A model generated the notes under the pieces. It did no database searches and had not been told where the DNA came from. It was given only the letters and a program-made list of their open reading frames with translations. DNA of 64,000 bases from Octopus bimaculoides (Eukaryota), in contig NC_068982.1 in NCBI RefSeq assembly GCF_001194135.2, positions 68,267,300-68,331,299 of the forward strand, given 5' to 3'. Positions 25,263 to 38,906 of this stretch are shown here, piece after piece. A program made the position numbers and the translations under genes. How positions within the stretch are numbered: the first letter of the stretch is position 1; each line of letters opens with the position of its first letter.

Positions 25263-25585
25263 GTTTCTACAGCTGGATGCCCTTCCTAACGCCAACCACT
25301 CCAAGAGTGTAGTGGGTGCTTTTACATGCCACCGGCACGAGGGCCAGTCAGGCAGGTACTGGCGATGGCCACACTCGAAATGGTGTATTTTACGTGTCAC
25401 CTGCACAGGAGCCAGTCCATCGGCACTGGCAACGATCTCGCTCGAATGTCTTTTCACGTGCCACTGGAATAAGTGCCAGGAAGGCGACGTTGGTAACGAT
25501 CACGCTGGTGCTATTTACGTGCCACCGGCACGGAACCCAGACAGCTGCTCTGGCAACGATCGCGCTCGGTCATTGCCAGATACCT
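25263..25585 (-). mobile_element. SINE-B
   Basis: Matches 16262-16689; tail lies in the gap. Confidence 0.88.
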
Positions 25586-25824
25586 AAAAATTGAATTCAT
25601 TTTGTTGCCGTTGTTGTTGTTATTTATTGTCATTGTTGTAATCCTTGTTTTTGTTGTTCTCATAACTGTTGTTGTCACTTTTGTATCATTATTTTGTTGT
25701 TACTGTTGTTGCTTGGTCTGAGACCAGCCCTAATGAAGCAGACTACAATTAAAGGTATTCTAGCTGTGACTATCTTACCCATTACTCAAAAATAGTGTAT
25801 CTAAACACATTATCGAGTTTGTGT

Positions 25825-25950
25825 GAACGTGGCCAAGTGGTTAGGGTGATCATAATGTTATGAATTCAATTCCTTGGCCAGGTATCATGTTGCATCCTTG
25901 AGCAAGGCACTTCATTTCACATTGCTCCAGTCTACTCAACTGTAATGCAA
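25825..25950 (+). mobile_element. tRNA-derived SINE family E fragment
   Basis: GTGGCCAAGTGGTTAGGG...CCTTGAGCAAGGCACTTCATTTCACATTGCTCCAGTC; also at 62917-63255 (+) and about 31090-31220, 59790-59910 (-). Confidence 0.7.
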
Positions 25951-25972
25951 AACAGCCAGGTCCTGATGGAAC

Positions 25973-26013
<41 letters not shown>

Positions 26014-26244
26014 CTCTCTCTCTCTATCTATCTATCTATCTCTCTCTCTCTGTATCTATCTATCTCCCTCTATTCCTCCAAATATTACATCCTGGATGTT
26101 AAATTGGGTCAAGAGTAAGGAACCAAAAGTGTTTCATATTTGCTTGTGACTACATAGGTACTTAGCACTTAAAACAATTAACAATATATTGAACATGTTA
26201 CTAAGTGATGCTCATAAGTGACAGTTGCAATTTTCATCCAATGA

Positions 26245-26610
26245 CGATTTGACTGTTATTTTTAGCAGAACAAAAGATTACAAAGAACCTTCTTTGTTAG
26301 TTGGATATGATTTGAGGGAAATTTGATTGTTATTTTTAGCAAATTAAACAACTACATAGAAGCTTTCTCATGAGTAAGATGTGATTTGTGGGAGATTTGA
26401 CTGTTATTTTTTCAGCAAGTTGATTATGGCTACATACATATTCTTCTTTGTTTATTAATGTGGTGTGATTTGAGGAGATTTGACTGTTATTTTTTCAGCA
26501 AGTTGATTATGACTACATAGAAACTTCTTTGTTTATTAATGTAGTGTGATTTGAGGAGATTTGGCTGTTATTTTTTGCAAGTTGAATGACTACACAGAAG
26601 CTCCCTTGTT
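26245..26610 (+). repeat. Tandem repeat, ~75-84 bp period, about 5 units
   Basis: Repeating GATTTGAGGAGATTTGACTGTTATTTTT(C)AGCAAGTTG...CTACATAGAA. Confidence 0.85.
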
Positions 26611-27153
26611 AAGTATATATGTTACAAGCCGTTGTTTGGTTTGTTGGAAAATGGTGATAAATGGACAAAAATACTTCTATGTTAATGATAATAAATGAAG
26701 ATTAAAGATAGTATGCAAATTTATAGCTCAATGAGATATTCATCAAAATTATCTCTACGTTTTCATATTTACATACACTCACATATTCAGAACACAAATA
26801 TATTTGTCGTGGGGAAATGTTTCACATCATAACATTGCTAACACATACATCATTAAACAAAGTAGGAATATTGTTAATCATTCATTGCTGTTTAACATTG
26901 GTTAGACAGAAAATGCAAATATTTTAATGTTTGGAAGCAATTTTTCACATCAATCTAAAATAAATACACAGATGACACAGGACTGGCTGTGTGGTTAAGC
27001 AGTTTGCTTTACAACTACGTGGTTTCAGGTTCAGTTCCACTGTACAGCACCTTGGACAAGTCTCTTCTACTATAGCCTTGGGCCAACCAAAACCTTATGA
27101 GCTAATCTGATACATGAAATCCTTTGCAGAAGCCCATTATATGTATGTGTATG

Positions 27154-27187
<34 letters not shown>

Positions 27188-27191
<4 letters not shown>

Positions 27192-28118
27192 GCTGAGTAA
27201 AAAATAAACAACATTTTGAAATTCATCACAATATATTTCAACAATTGGGAAACTTTATTCATCAAAGTAAGTACCATTACAATCAACACATTTCTGCCAA
27301 TGAGTTACAAGTTTGTTTCTTGTGGTAACATAAAAATCTGGAGTTCTGGTGCTGATGAACTCTTTGAATGCACTTTCAACATCAGTTTGACTTTGTAACT
27401 CCTTCACTAACAGGAAACCATCAAGGTGCTTGAAAAAGTGATAGTCAATAGGAAAAAGGTCTGGGGAATAAGCTGGAGCGTAATTAGTGAAAGGTATGGT
27501 TGTGTATTGTCATGAAGAATGATTGACCCTCTTAAATTGACCAGTCTCGGATGGAGGAGTAGCAGTTTTTCATTCATTTTGACAATTTCATGGCAATATG
27601 TTTCTGCAGTAATGGTTTTTCTGGGTTTGAAAAAGTTATAGTGGATGAGCCCAGCAGTACACCACCAAACAGTCACCATAACCTTCTTTTTGAAGAGCTT
27701 GGGTTTAGGGAAGGTTTTTGGTGCTCCACTTTGGTCCAACCAATGCAAAGAACATTTTGTATTATTGTTCAGAATCCATTTTTCATTGTAAGTTACAATA
27801 CTGTTAAGAAATGGATTGATCTGGTTATGGAGAAGTGATGAGCAAATTTCATATCTGCGCATTTTCTGATTTTCATTCAAATCATGTGGTACTAATTTGT
27901 TGAGCCTTTTTGATTTTCCGATTGGCTAACTTAAAGTTCTTTTGCTAGTTCTCGAGTTGTTTTTCATGGATCTTTCTCAATGACGGTCTTTAATTGACCA
28001 TCATCAATGACAGATGGGTGTCCACTACACTCACCATCTTCAAGGCTCAGGTCTCCACTGCGAAATCGTTTAAACCATTTTTGAGTTGACCACTCACTGG
28101 TCATTTCCTCACCAAATG
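27188..28118 (-). mobile_element. Mariner (DD34D) transposon, decayed transposase, 5-prime part lost in gap
   Basis: KWFKRFRSGD, IVTYNEKW, VMVTVWW, HDNTQPY, AYSPDLFPIDYHFF, LVTHWQKCVDCNGTYFDE* (stop 27255-27257); terminus TA|TCAGGCTGAG. Confidence 0.92.
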
Positions 28119-28218
28119 NNNNNNNNNNNNNNNNNNNNNNNNNNNNNNNNNNNNNNNNNNNNNNNNNNNNNNNNNNNNNNNNNNNNNNNNNNNNNNNNNN
28201 NNNNNNNNNNNNNNNNNN

Positions 28219-28680
28219 CCCCCCCCCAAGGACCTGTGCTAGTCAGTCCTTTGTTTATGGTTTGACCTACATCACTGACCATAGTCTATATAACAGAGAG
28301 CATTTCCTATCTCTTCCTCATTTGTGTCAGCCATGACCAAGAGCAGCACTTTCCCTTTACCCTCTACTCGACATACGAAGAGAAGCTTTCGCCCACCAGA
28401 AAGACGATGCCACATTTATCCTTTCTTCCTTTCTAGTCAGCACCATGCGTTCCTTACTCTTTCCCTCTCTACTGGCAGACAGCAACTTCTACGCTTCAAC
28501 TACCAACTAGCAAGCGAACTTGTTGTCACTGCCACTACAATTACTGCTGTATCTCTTACTACATGTCTGACAAACGAATAAATATATGTAAATAATACTT
28601 CTTCCTTCTTGGTGTTGATTTTGTAATATTCACTGTTAATCCGACGCGAGAACCTTCAAGCGTTACATCTACACGCTACA
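28219..28680 (+). mobile_element. Probable LTR (left end in gap)
   Basis: TATA-like CTATATAA, AATAAA near 28577, CpG-retaining sequence ending ...CGCTACA followed by TTTGGTAG; no TG start visible. Confidence 0.4.
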
Positions 28681-28734
28681 TTTGGTAGTGGACTACATCA
28701 TATCGAACTGATACGACATGTCACTTTAGCCTGC

Positions 28735-29243
28735 TTCATATGTGTTTTGTTTGTTCACTAGTTCACTGCGGTATAGTACCTGAGAAACAACTCCCTCATT
28801 ACACTGGGCATTAAAACACTTGAATGTCATAGACAGGTAAGACAACTCCCTCTTGATCCCATTCAGGAGTGATGGACACTGTTATTTCACCATTTTTGTG
28901 ACTTATCAGTGAAGTTAGTATCTGGCAGAATTAACTGAGCAGGTGGGGCAAATTCAAATACCAGTCCATGACTATATAAATGTTGGCAAAATCATTTGCT
29001 GACAAGACCACTCAACCCCGATCCCATTCAGGAATGATAGATACTAATATTTCACAAACATGATGATGATAAGCCACAAAAATGGTGAAACATCAATATC
29101 CATCTCTTCTGAATGGGAATGGGGGTGAGTTGTCTCACCTGTCTATGACTTTTAGGTGTTTTAGCACCCAGTGTAATGAGGGAATCATCTCTCAGATGCT
29201 ATACCACAGCAAACTGGAGAACAAGCAAAGCACATACATTGAA
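28735..29243. mobile_element. Foldback/MITE-like element with ~175-bp imperfect inverted arms
   Basis: 28735-28908 vs reverse complement of 29067-29243, e.g. CCCTCATTACACTGGG / CCCAGTGTAATGAGGG and TCACCATTTTTGTG / CACAAAAATGGTGA. Confidence 0.75.
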
Positions 29244-29704
29244 TACACTGATGCTGGTGCCACATAAAAAGCACTGGTACTATTGGTACATAGAAAACAC
29301 TGGTGCTGGTGTTGCATAAAAAGCACTGGTGCTGGTACCATATAAAAAACAACCAGTACACTCAGTAACATGGCTGGTGTTAGGAAGGGCATCCAACTGT
29401 AGAAACCAAGCCAAAACAGACTATGGAACCTGTTGCAGGCTCTGGCCTTGCCAGCTCCTGTCAAGTTGTCCAATTCATGCCAGCATGGAAAATGGACATT
29501 AAATGGTGATGATGAAGATGATGATGATAATGATGCAGGCATAAATATGATGATGGCACATACATATTTATGTATGTATGTATGTATGTATGCATGTATG
29601 AATGTATCATTATCGCATCATTTAATATCCATGTTTCATGCTGGCATAGAATGGACAAGTTGACTGGATCTGATGAGTCCAAGGACTATATCATACTGCA
29701 ATGT

Positions 29705-29705
29705 C

Positions 29706-29751
<46 letters not shown>

Positions 29752-29960
29752 TCTGCCTCCCCCCGCCATTGCTTGACAACTGGTGTCAGTTTGTTTACAT
29801 CCTCATAGCTAAGTAGTTCAGCAAAAGAGACCAATGAAATTAGTATGAGGTTTAAAATTAAGTACAGTAGTCGATTTACTCAAGTAAAACTCTTCAAGGC
29901 AGTGCCCCAGCATGGCCACCTTCCAATGACTGAGACAAGTAAAATAGAAAAGATAAAAGA
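29705..29960 (+). mobile_element. SINE-A 3-prime half
   Basis: Similarity to family A tail. Confidence 0.8.
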
Positions 29961-31504
29961 CAGCACTTGGTAAAAATATAATACTTGTTTTACACCTGCT
30001 GATAATAAAGTTACTCAGCCTGTTCAATAGACGAACTTCTTCAAGAATGTGAAGATATATTTTCTTTTATAAATCAATATAAAGGTTAATTTGAAAAATC
30101 AGTTGAGTTGAAAAAGTGTGTTAAAAGCTTTTCTTAATATATGCAGAGAGACAATAGCAGTCTTTTTAATTAATTGTTGTAAGAAAATGCTTTTGTATAA
30201 TGGGAAATGAGAACTATCAGACTTAAAACCTTTAAGCGTGTTGGAGTTGTTTCTGAGAAATTTAGCTGAGCTTGTATACAAGTATCATCATCATACTAGT
30301 GATATCATTTGTTTCCAATCTTTCATGAAAATGTCAAGCCATGGGGGAATATTACCTTACTTGGAAATAGGTGGAGGGTTCAATTAATTACTCAGTATTC
30401 ATGACTGTTATAGGCCTTCTCACATTGGTGCAATTGATGTGGTTAATATTCAGTTTGAACCTTGAAGGCAGCAAGCAGGCAGAATCATTAGCATGTTGGA
30501 TGAAATGCTTAGTGACATTTTGTCCATCTTCATATTCTCAGCTCAAATTCTGTCAGGGTCAACTCTGTCTTTCTCCTTTTCGGAGAAAAAAAAAAATAAA
30601 TAAGTACCAGTTGAGCACTGAGGTCGAAGTAATTGACTTACCTCTTCACCCAAATTTGCTGGCCTTGTGCCAAAATTTGAACTTTTTAAAGGCAAGAACA
30701 ACAGACAAAATGTAGGCTTGGTAAAATTTCAGATAGTTGCATTTGTGGAGAGAAATGATTGTACGTAGTGTATAATGGAGGACCCGAAGGATGAGAAAAT
30801 ACGAATGAGAGGAGGAGAGGTAGATTTGTTGAGTGGGCCTAGGTGAACAAGGTAAGCAGTACTTTAAGTGAGCAGAAGCTGTTTTAGTCGATATGTTGAT
30901 GGATTCTTGTGTCATAAACAAACAGATGAAGCTTCCACAATTTCTTGCTAAACAACCTGCACAGATAATTTATTTAATAATTTGTTTATGAGGATCAACT
31001 ATTTGTGTGTACATTAGCTCACTCCCACCATAAAATTCTTGGTGCAAATTGCCTGGTGCAAATGCACTGTGTATCACATCTCAGATGTCTAAATGGTCAC
31101 AGGGTAATGTGAAATGAAATGCTTTACTCAAGAACACAACAGACTGCTCAATCTGTGAAATGAAACCATGATCTTGTGATCATGAGTGCAACACCTTAAC
31201 CACCAGGCTATGCACCTTCATTATGTAGTAGGTATCAAGAAGTAGAAAGAAGAAACTGTGTTTGTGAGACAGCAGTTGGGAGTGAGTCTTTATCAAACAG
31301 TTTTTTTGAGCTTTTTTATGCAATCACAATATACCTGTATGCATAAGCAACAGCATCCCAAAATATATAAGCATTATTCTAATGTGGAGCACACACAGGC
31401 TCTGTAAAATATCAGCAACTGATCAGGGTTGATGTCTTCTCTGTTTATGGAGATAAAGCCCAGTCACTGAGGTATAGTTTTTGGCAATGGTATCTTATAT
31501 TGTT

Positions 31505-31870
31505 TATTTGTTTCAGTCACTGGACCATGGCCATGCTGTGGCACCTCTATAGTCAAACTAATATTTCCCCAGTACTTTATCTTTGTAAATTTAGGTATTT
31601 ACTCTATCAGTCTCTCATGCTAAACTACTAAGTTACAGGGACATAAACAAACCAGCACTAGTTGTCAAGCAGTGAGGAGACAGACACAAACACAAAGATA
31701 TACATACTTAGTACACACACATACACCCACATGCGTGCACGTGCACATGAAGATATTTAGCAATAATATATGATGAGCATTGGTCAGCCTGGGGCTATAG
31801 TAGAAGACACTTGTGCAAGGTGCCCTGCAGTGGGACTGAACCCAAAACCATAGGGCTGAGAAGCATATGT
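31505..31870 (-). mobile_element. SINE-A, diverged
   Basis: Reverse-complement similarity to head and tail. Confidence 0.8.
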
Positions 31871-32084
31871 TAGTATCTCTCTTGAGAAATATATAACATG
31901 AATAGATGATTGGGGGGTCAGGTGGTGAAAAAATATTCTCGAAGATGAAGTGTAAAGTAATTAATTGTGGTAGGTGTACAACACAGAGCTGCTACATCAA
32001 ACCAAATATTATTGGAACTCAAAGTTGGTAAAAAGCTAAGAGAGATGCTGATTTATCAAAGACTTTAATTCATAACTGAATGGA

Positions 32085-32121
<37 letters not shown>

Positions 32122-32640
32122 CAACAATGACGATGTTAATGATGTCGAGGTGGTGGTGGTGATGGTGATTGTGGTGGTGGGTGTTGATAACAGTGATGAT
32201 GAGGAGGAAAAGGAGGATAATGATGATGGTGATGATGCTGCAGAGGAGGGGCAGTGGAGGTGGTGGTAGTGGAGTAGAGTGGAGTTAGAGAAGGAAGTTG
32301 TGGGGGAGAAGGAGTGGGGGGAGGAGAAGGAGGTGGTGGGGGAGAAGAAAGAGGAGGTGGATGGGAGCGAGGTGGAGAAGAAGGTGGAGGATGCAGTGGT
32401 GATGATGTTGCTGCTGCAATTGATGTTGAAGACAACAATGATAATGTTAAGATAATAGGTTGTGGTGGTGATGGCGGCAGTGGTGGTGGTGGTGGTGGTG
32501 GTGTTTGTGATGATGATGACAATGACGACGACGATGATGTTGACAATGAGGACAACAATAATGATGACTATGTTGAAGACAATAATGGTAATGTTGGTGA
32601 TGGTGGGGAGATGATGATGGTAGTGGTGATAATGATGCTG
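32085..32640. repeat. Trinucleotide low-complexity mosaic (GAT/GGT/GGA/GAC)
   Basis: Directly visible; yields P/S/T- and G/E/D-rich pseudo-ORFs in several frames. Confidence 0.9.
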
Positions 32641-33532
32641 TGTGTGAAACACTTATTTAGGTTTCCAGCTGAAACCACCCGCCCCCTTTTACTACGAATG
32701 TCCACTAATAACCATTGGAAAAGGAATGCATGTCACTACACTTGTTTACTTATCCACCCACCAACCTCCCACGCTACTCTTCAAAATCGATAGAACTGAT
32801 CGTTTCCAATACCAAAAGGTTCAGTAATTTATCCTATTAGTGTACGAGATAAATATTGACTCCGAGTGCGCGTAATGTGTGTGTGTTTGTTGTGTGTGTA
32901 TTGAACTCCAACTAAAAGTACACTATTGTGTGCTGAGAAGCGTTCTGAACGTGCTGTAAAATTTATGTATGCTTGCATCAATTTATCTATCTACCTATTT
33001 ATCTATATATTGATCAATCGATCACGCTGTCTCTAAGTAATTAACCTCAGATATTTTTTTTTTAAAAACCAAATGACGACGACGACGGCAGCAGTGGTGG
33101 TTGTGGTGTGGCGATGGAGGTGGCGGCGGCAGTAATGATGATGATGATGATGACGACCGAAGCGCTGGCGACGAAGATGACATACGCGATGATGGTGATA
33201 CTTTTTACAACTCACCGCACATTTCGGATATGTGTACTGGTGTAAAACATTACATACATACATACTTACGCACACACACATTATATATATATATATATAC
33301 TTTTTCCTCCAAAGAAAAAGTTGTGAAGTTGTTAATAGCAACACACTAACGCACTTATCTAATTATTTATTTATTCAATCATTGATTGGCAAAAGCAGAA
33401 TAAAATACTTGATTCAGTCTTTTAATTCTTTTCCCCATCCCTCGTTCCCATTTATATTCTCTCGGGGGATTGCATAAGTCTTTATTAATTGATCAACAAT
33501 TTACGATATAATAAAACAAATGACTCTCTCTA

Positions 33533-33571
<39 letters not shown>

Positions 33572-33820
33572 CTCTCTCTCTCTCTCTCTCTCTCTTTTCC
33601 ATGCTGCCTACCCCTCTGAGCTGGGCGAGTTTATTTTGTAATCTTCTACACCTTCCACCCCCGTAACGTTGTGGCAATCGCAACATCATCGTCTCGGCTG
33701 TGACGATGTTTCTCTTTCAGTCCTGTTTATCGCATCCCGTATATCCAACGTGTGGGGGACACTCCATGCTTCTTCCTTTTAGCAACAACAAAACGTTGGC
33801 TTTGACAAGTTCAGGTAAGT
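32640..33820 (+). promoter_or_regulatory. Candidate CpG-retaining promoter and non-coding first exon ending at donor CAG|GTAAGT (33814/33815)
   Basis: CpG is frequent in unique sequence here unlike the flanks; GC box CCCGCCCC 32678-32685; (CT)n tract 33530-33595; consensus splice donor. Confidence 0.5.
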
Positions 33821-34183
33821 CGAAACGACACCTTCGTGTCTCAATTCATTTCGTTCTTTTGCTTAAATGAAAAAACCTGTTTTTTTCTTCTTTTGATTGT
33901 AATCGTGACGTGCGGTTAGACACGAATGAAATATCATTCAAACTAAATGGAATGAATAACAAATATTTTCATACTACAAAATACTTTACCAGTTTCTTTA
34001 TTTCCTTCCAACGCATCCTTTCTTCAAATCATATTCTTCAAAGACATTTCCGGTTAAATTCTATGCCTTAAGTTTTTTTTAATTTCTTATTTATATTATT
34101 TCAGCCTGTGATATATACACACACACGTATATATTTGTGGATGCGTGTGTGTGGGTGTATATAATATATAGACATATATTTGC

Positions 34184-34217
<34 letters not shown>

Positions 34218-34366
34218 AAGATAAATATACACATGTGTATGTGCGTGTATACACACACACACAAACACTTATATACATGTGTATGCTTATATAATATATA
34301 TACACACGCGCACAAATATGTGTACATATTATTATACACCCACACACGCATACACAAATATATACA

Positions 34367-34415
<49 letters not shown>

Positions 34416-36103
34416 TATTATTATTATTATATCGAATCGACTGTTTAGAATAAACAATCTTGTATATGTGTTTACATTGATGATATCAAACTTTCACGTA
34501 AATACCGGGTATCTTCAATTCTCGTCTTTGACCATTATTCGTCGTCTGTTGTCTGCTTTCAGTAATTGCTTCTGCCTTACTATTTATTTCTTGGTAATTA
34601 GGGGTTCAGATTTCTAACATCTTAAGCGTTCTCACCAATTACAGTAATTAATAGACTTTTCGAATCTACTGGAGGTAAATACATGCATTTATAAATAGCT
34701 TTTTTGTTTATATTTTATCATATAAATACATAGAATTGATCGATACCTCCTTCTTATTATAAGGATACATGAGTCCTTTCAACCCATTGATCACACACAC
34801 ACATGCACACACTCATTCTCTTTCCCATACACGCGCACGCGCGTGTATATATCTATATCTATACACACACACACACACACACACACAGAATTCTTCAGTA
34901 TTGTCATGTTTGATTTGATTGTTGTTTTAGTTCTGCTACGGTTTCCAGGAATCCTATCTCGGGTCAATTAAAGTAATGCTGCCATCGCATACTGTCTATG
35001 TACTAGATATAATACTGTACATGTCTCTACTGCAGCTTTCTGTGTACCATATATTCAAAAACTAAATATAGTTGCCTGTGAAGAACTGAGACAGCAATTT
35101 GTCCAAACCGCTCTGCCTACATGTTCAACCACATGTACACACACTCAGCCTTCCATATGTCAAAATACTCCTTTTCTCCACGTATTATTGTTTTATTTAT
35201 ATCTAATCTAGCAATACGGTTTCAATTCTAATCCATCGACGAACTACCGAACGAAAATTCTTGGGTGTTTACATAAACTGGAACTTTAATCTAGAGTGCT
35301 TTCAAAACAAATCACCCAAAATTTGTCATATTTTCTTCTTTATTAATTATTTTTTATCGTTTTGGTTGCTCAGTGTGGGTTCAGTATAAAACAAATGAAT
35401 ACAATTCTGTGAAGAAATATTTCTTTCCGCGATCTGTAGATTTATACAAACATTCATAAGATAATGGTAAGATCTGCTGTGTTTACATTTTTCCATGTTA
35501 GCTAAAATATTATATCAACATCAAGCCAGATTTCAGTTTTTGTCAAACGGAACTCGTCCAAAAAATTTTCTTTTCGTTCTTCTTTTCATTTATTTATTTT
35601 TACTTCTATATTTTTCGGTAAGTTTGACAATATTTTAAATGCTCTCATTGCATAATTACTTCTTCACTTTACCTCCCAGCTCTGTATTAAAATGTGTTGC
35701 TTTTCCTTTTCTTTTTTCTTCCTTTTGTTGTTGATAAAATACTTAGAAATTAAATTTGGTAAATTACTGAACATGTTTATAGGATCGATAAAAAAACATT
35801 TAGATCACATTGCTTTCTTCCAATATCAATAGAAAAGCGCAATAGGGTTGTGTGACTTTCATGCAAATCCCCCCACCCAACGGCAATATAAATTGGGAGC
35901 CCTGTTATAAGAAGTTGTCCCTAAAAGACGGCGAGTTTGGCTCAACTCAGAAATATATCATTTTTGTTTGTAATTTCTCTCATAAAAAAATATACACTAC
36001 TTGAATTTAAAAATTCCAAAATGAGTGTAAGCTACTCTTGAGGAAATAGCTCCTTCGTCTTTCTCTTTCAAGAACACACACAAATACTTGACCCACCCAC
36101 CTG

Positions 36104-36143
<40 letters not shown>

Positions 36144-36474
36144 ATCAGTATCGTAATTTTTTTTTAACGTCCACTATTCCATGCTTGCTTGGGGTAGATG
36201 CAGTTGGTCACAATAAGTTTTCTACTGCTGGATGCCTTTCTTGTTGCCAATCTTCAGTATTGTCATGTCGATTTGATTGTTGTTTCCAGGAATCCTATCT
36301 CATGCAAATTTGTATTATTTGATTCTGTCTGAAGAATTTCTAATAGGAAATAACTTACATGTTTTCCCATGTACAATTTTGTAATTCTTATTAGCAAACG
36401 AAACACTTGTAATGGCAAATAAATAATACCCCAATTTTTTTCCAATCTCCTGTTTTCACACACACACATATATA

Positions 36475-37718
36475 TGAGGATGGACTGAAAAGTTTATAGA
36501 CTGACTATGAAGAAGTTATGCTTGAACTGTGAAAGCCTGTATGCATTACTTTCAGCCCTTCTTATTAATAACTGCATTGTTTCTTTCCAGGTGAACAGAC
36601 ATCTGACTGTTCAAAAAAAGTAACTAGTAGCAACTTTTCTTGAAAATCGACAAAATTTGGGCATCATGGTGTTATCAAGTACCTGCAGTAAAAGGCTTTA
36701 TCCCCCAAAGACATTCATGTTGACATGGTTGCCACATTAGAGGATGACGAACCAGCTTTATCAACATTGCAAAAGTCGACAGCTGAATTTAGGAGGGGAA
36801 GGGAGAGTCTTGAAGTTGACCCAAGATCTGCACATCCTGCAACTGTCAACACCAAGGAAAACATCAATTGCATTCACCACATGGTGATGGATGACAGTTG
36901 ATTAACTATAAACCAAATAAGCCAATGCTATTAGCATATCTCATGAGAGAGTTAAGAATATTCTGTATAATGAACTTGGCATGACAAAGGTTTCTTCTCA
37001 GTGGGTGCCACTATTCTGACACCTGATCAAAAACGCAACAAGCTGATCATATCACAGGAAAATCTGACATTGTTTGAAGTAGAACTAGCTGGTTTCCTTA
37101 AACATTCTCTAAGCCAGGATGAACATTTTCTAAGCCAGAGAGAAAGAGACAATCCATGTAGTGGAAACACTTCTCAACTGCTCCAAAGAAGGCCATGGAC
37201 GTTTCATCCACAGGGAAGGTGATGCCTTAGTTTTTTGGGATGCCAAAAGCATTATGCTTATTGACTATTTTCAAAAGGGCCACACCATCAATGGAGAGTA
37301 CTGTGCCAACTTGCTGAGGCAAATTACGAAAGGCTGTGAGTAACAAACGTCCAGGAAAACTGATGAAAGGGTCTTGTATCATGAGGACAATGCTCCAGCA
37401 TACAAGTCCTTGGTTTCAACGGCTGCTGTGCATGGCTGTGGCTTTGAACTGGTTCATCAATTTCCCTATTCTTTTGATTCGGCCCCATCTGTCTATCGTC
37501 TATTCCCCAACGTACAAAAATGCTTGGCTGGGAACTAGTATATGGTAATTACTTCTTTGATCAACAGGATGAAAGCTTGTTCACCAATGGGATCAGCACT
37601 GTAACACCAATGGAAGAAGTGTATGGGCAGCAAGGGCAACTTTGTGGTAAAATAAACTTTATTTGGCCATTTTCTATGAGAGTATCCTAGTCAGCCTATG
37701 AACTTTTCAGCCAACCCT

Positions 37719-37720
<2 letters not shown>
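36475..37720 (+). mobile_element. Full-length (~1.25 kb) mariner transposon, transposase pseudogene
   Basis: 33-bp imperfect TIRs 36475-36507 and 37688-37720, 5-prime TA; motifs WVP, SQDE, VFWDAKSIMLIDY, HEDNAPAYKS, PYSFDSAPSVY with frameshifts and stops. Confidence 0.93.
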
Positions 37721-37752
<32 letters not shown>

Positions 37753-38029
37753 ATGAATATGAGAGAGATGAGTGTGCGTGTTTAATGAAAGCAGTGAACA
37801 CAAAAAGAAAGAAAACACATTTGTTAAAACTTGTGCCTCCTGTATGTATACACACACACAGAGTTTATCACCACTGAATATTTATCTTGCAGCTTGAGTT
37901 TCATATCACTGCTATTTTCAAATTATATTACAGTGGTATGAAACTAGTGTTGTGAGATAAAAATTAAGTTAGACCATATACATTACAACATGCCCTGAGC
38001 ACTCATTCATACAGGAGTCAAATCACGAA

Positions 38030-38906
38030 ATTTTTCAATCATTCACTCGTGGGTTGTCCAGGTTGTGTGAAAGGAAGTAGTGTCTAGCTGGAATATGTAC
38101 ACCTCCCCCAAACAATTTTCTCAATTCAGGGCTTGACAACCATCTTTCTCTTAATGTAGGCTGCCACATTGACCCTAAGACCTTCTGGAAAAAAAAATGA
38201 GGAAGCATGACATGGCCTTCATTGCTCACAATCCCTAAGATGATTGGAACTTGGTGTGCACAACAGTAGGGACTTCAGTGGGCTTTGTGCACAGCTATCT
38301 GTCATTTCTCCTATTCACTTTTTTTATTTTGAACAAAGTTCTCATCTGAGACAAACCAGAGCACGTCTGGCTCCTTGTGGTGCTTGAGTTTGTTCAGCAT
38401 GCACTCAACTGGATCACATATGTCTTCCAGGTTTTATTGGACATGATCTGCTCTCTTCTCATAACACAGGATTTGTACCTGATGTCTTTGTGCACCACAT
38501 GTCTAATCATTGTCGCCAACACATGGAGATGATTGGCAATGGTCTTTACTGATTTCTTGGGTTTCTCATTCATGATGAATTTGCTGGACAAACTTGTCTT
38601 TTCTGAGAATGTTTGACCATCAAGAATTTTTTTTTTTTCCCTTATGGCAGTGGAAGACACGTTCTTGCCTGAGGCCAGGGCCAGGACCTCTTTCCTGTCT
38701 TAAACACAAAGGACCTGATGACTTTTAAGGAGGTTACAATCTCTGAATCAATGTGGTTAGCAGCTAAGGCAATGAGAATGATACGTCTTCTTGTTATCTG
38801 CATTAGATTTGAAGCTTCCACGTTGGAGCTTAAAAAAAGAGGATATTTAGTTAAAATTTGAACCACCTATTGTTTTCAAAACTTTTGTTCCTAATTAGCT
38901 GATGTA

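Noticed and set aside
29670-29690. CTGATGA-GTCC-AA-GGAC hammerhead-like start
   Set aside because: No GAAA or helix III follows; it lies in a SINE-B-like fragment.
30011-30022. 12-nt match to the 27188 mariner TIR
   Set aside because: The match does not extend and intervening sequence is unrelated; probably chance.
32065-32793. Long P/S/T-rich and G/E/D-rich ORFs
   Set aside because: Trinucleotide low-complexity sequence is open in several frames on both strands; no domain or splice support.
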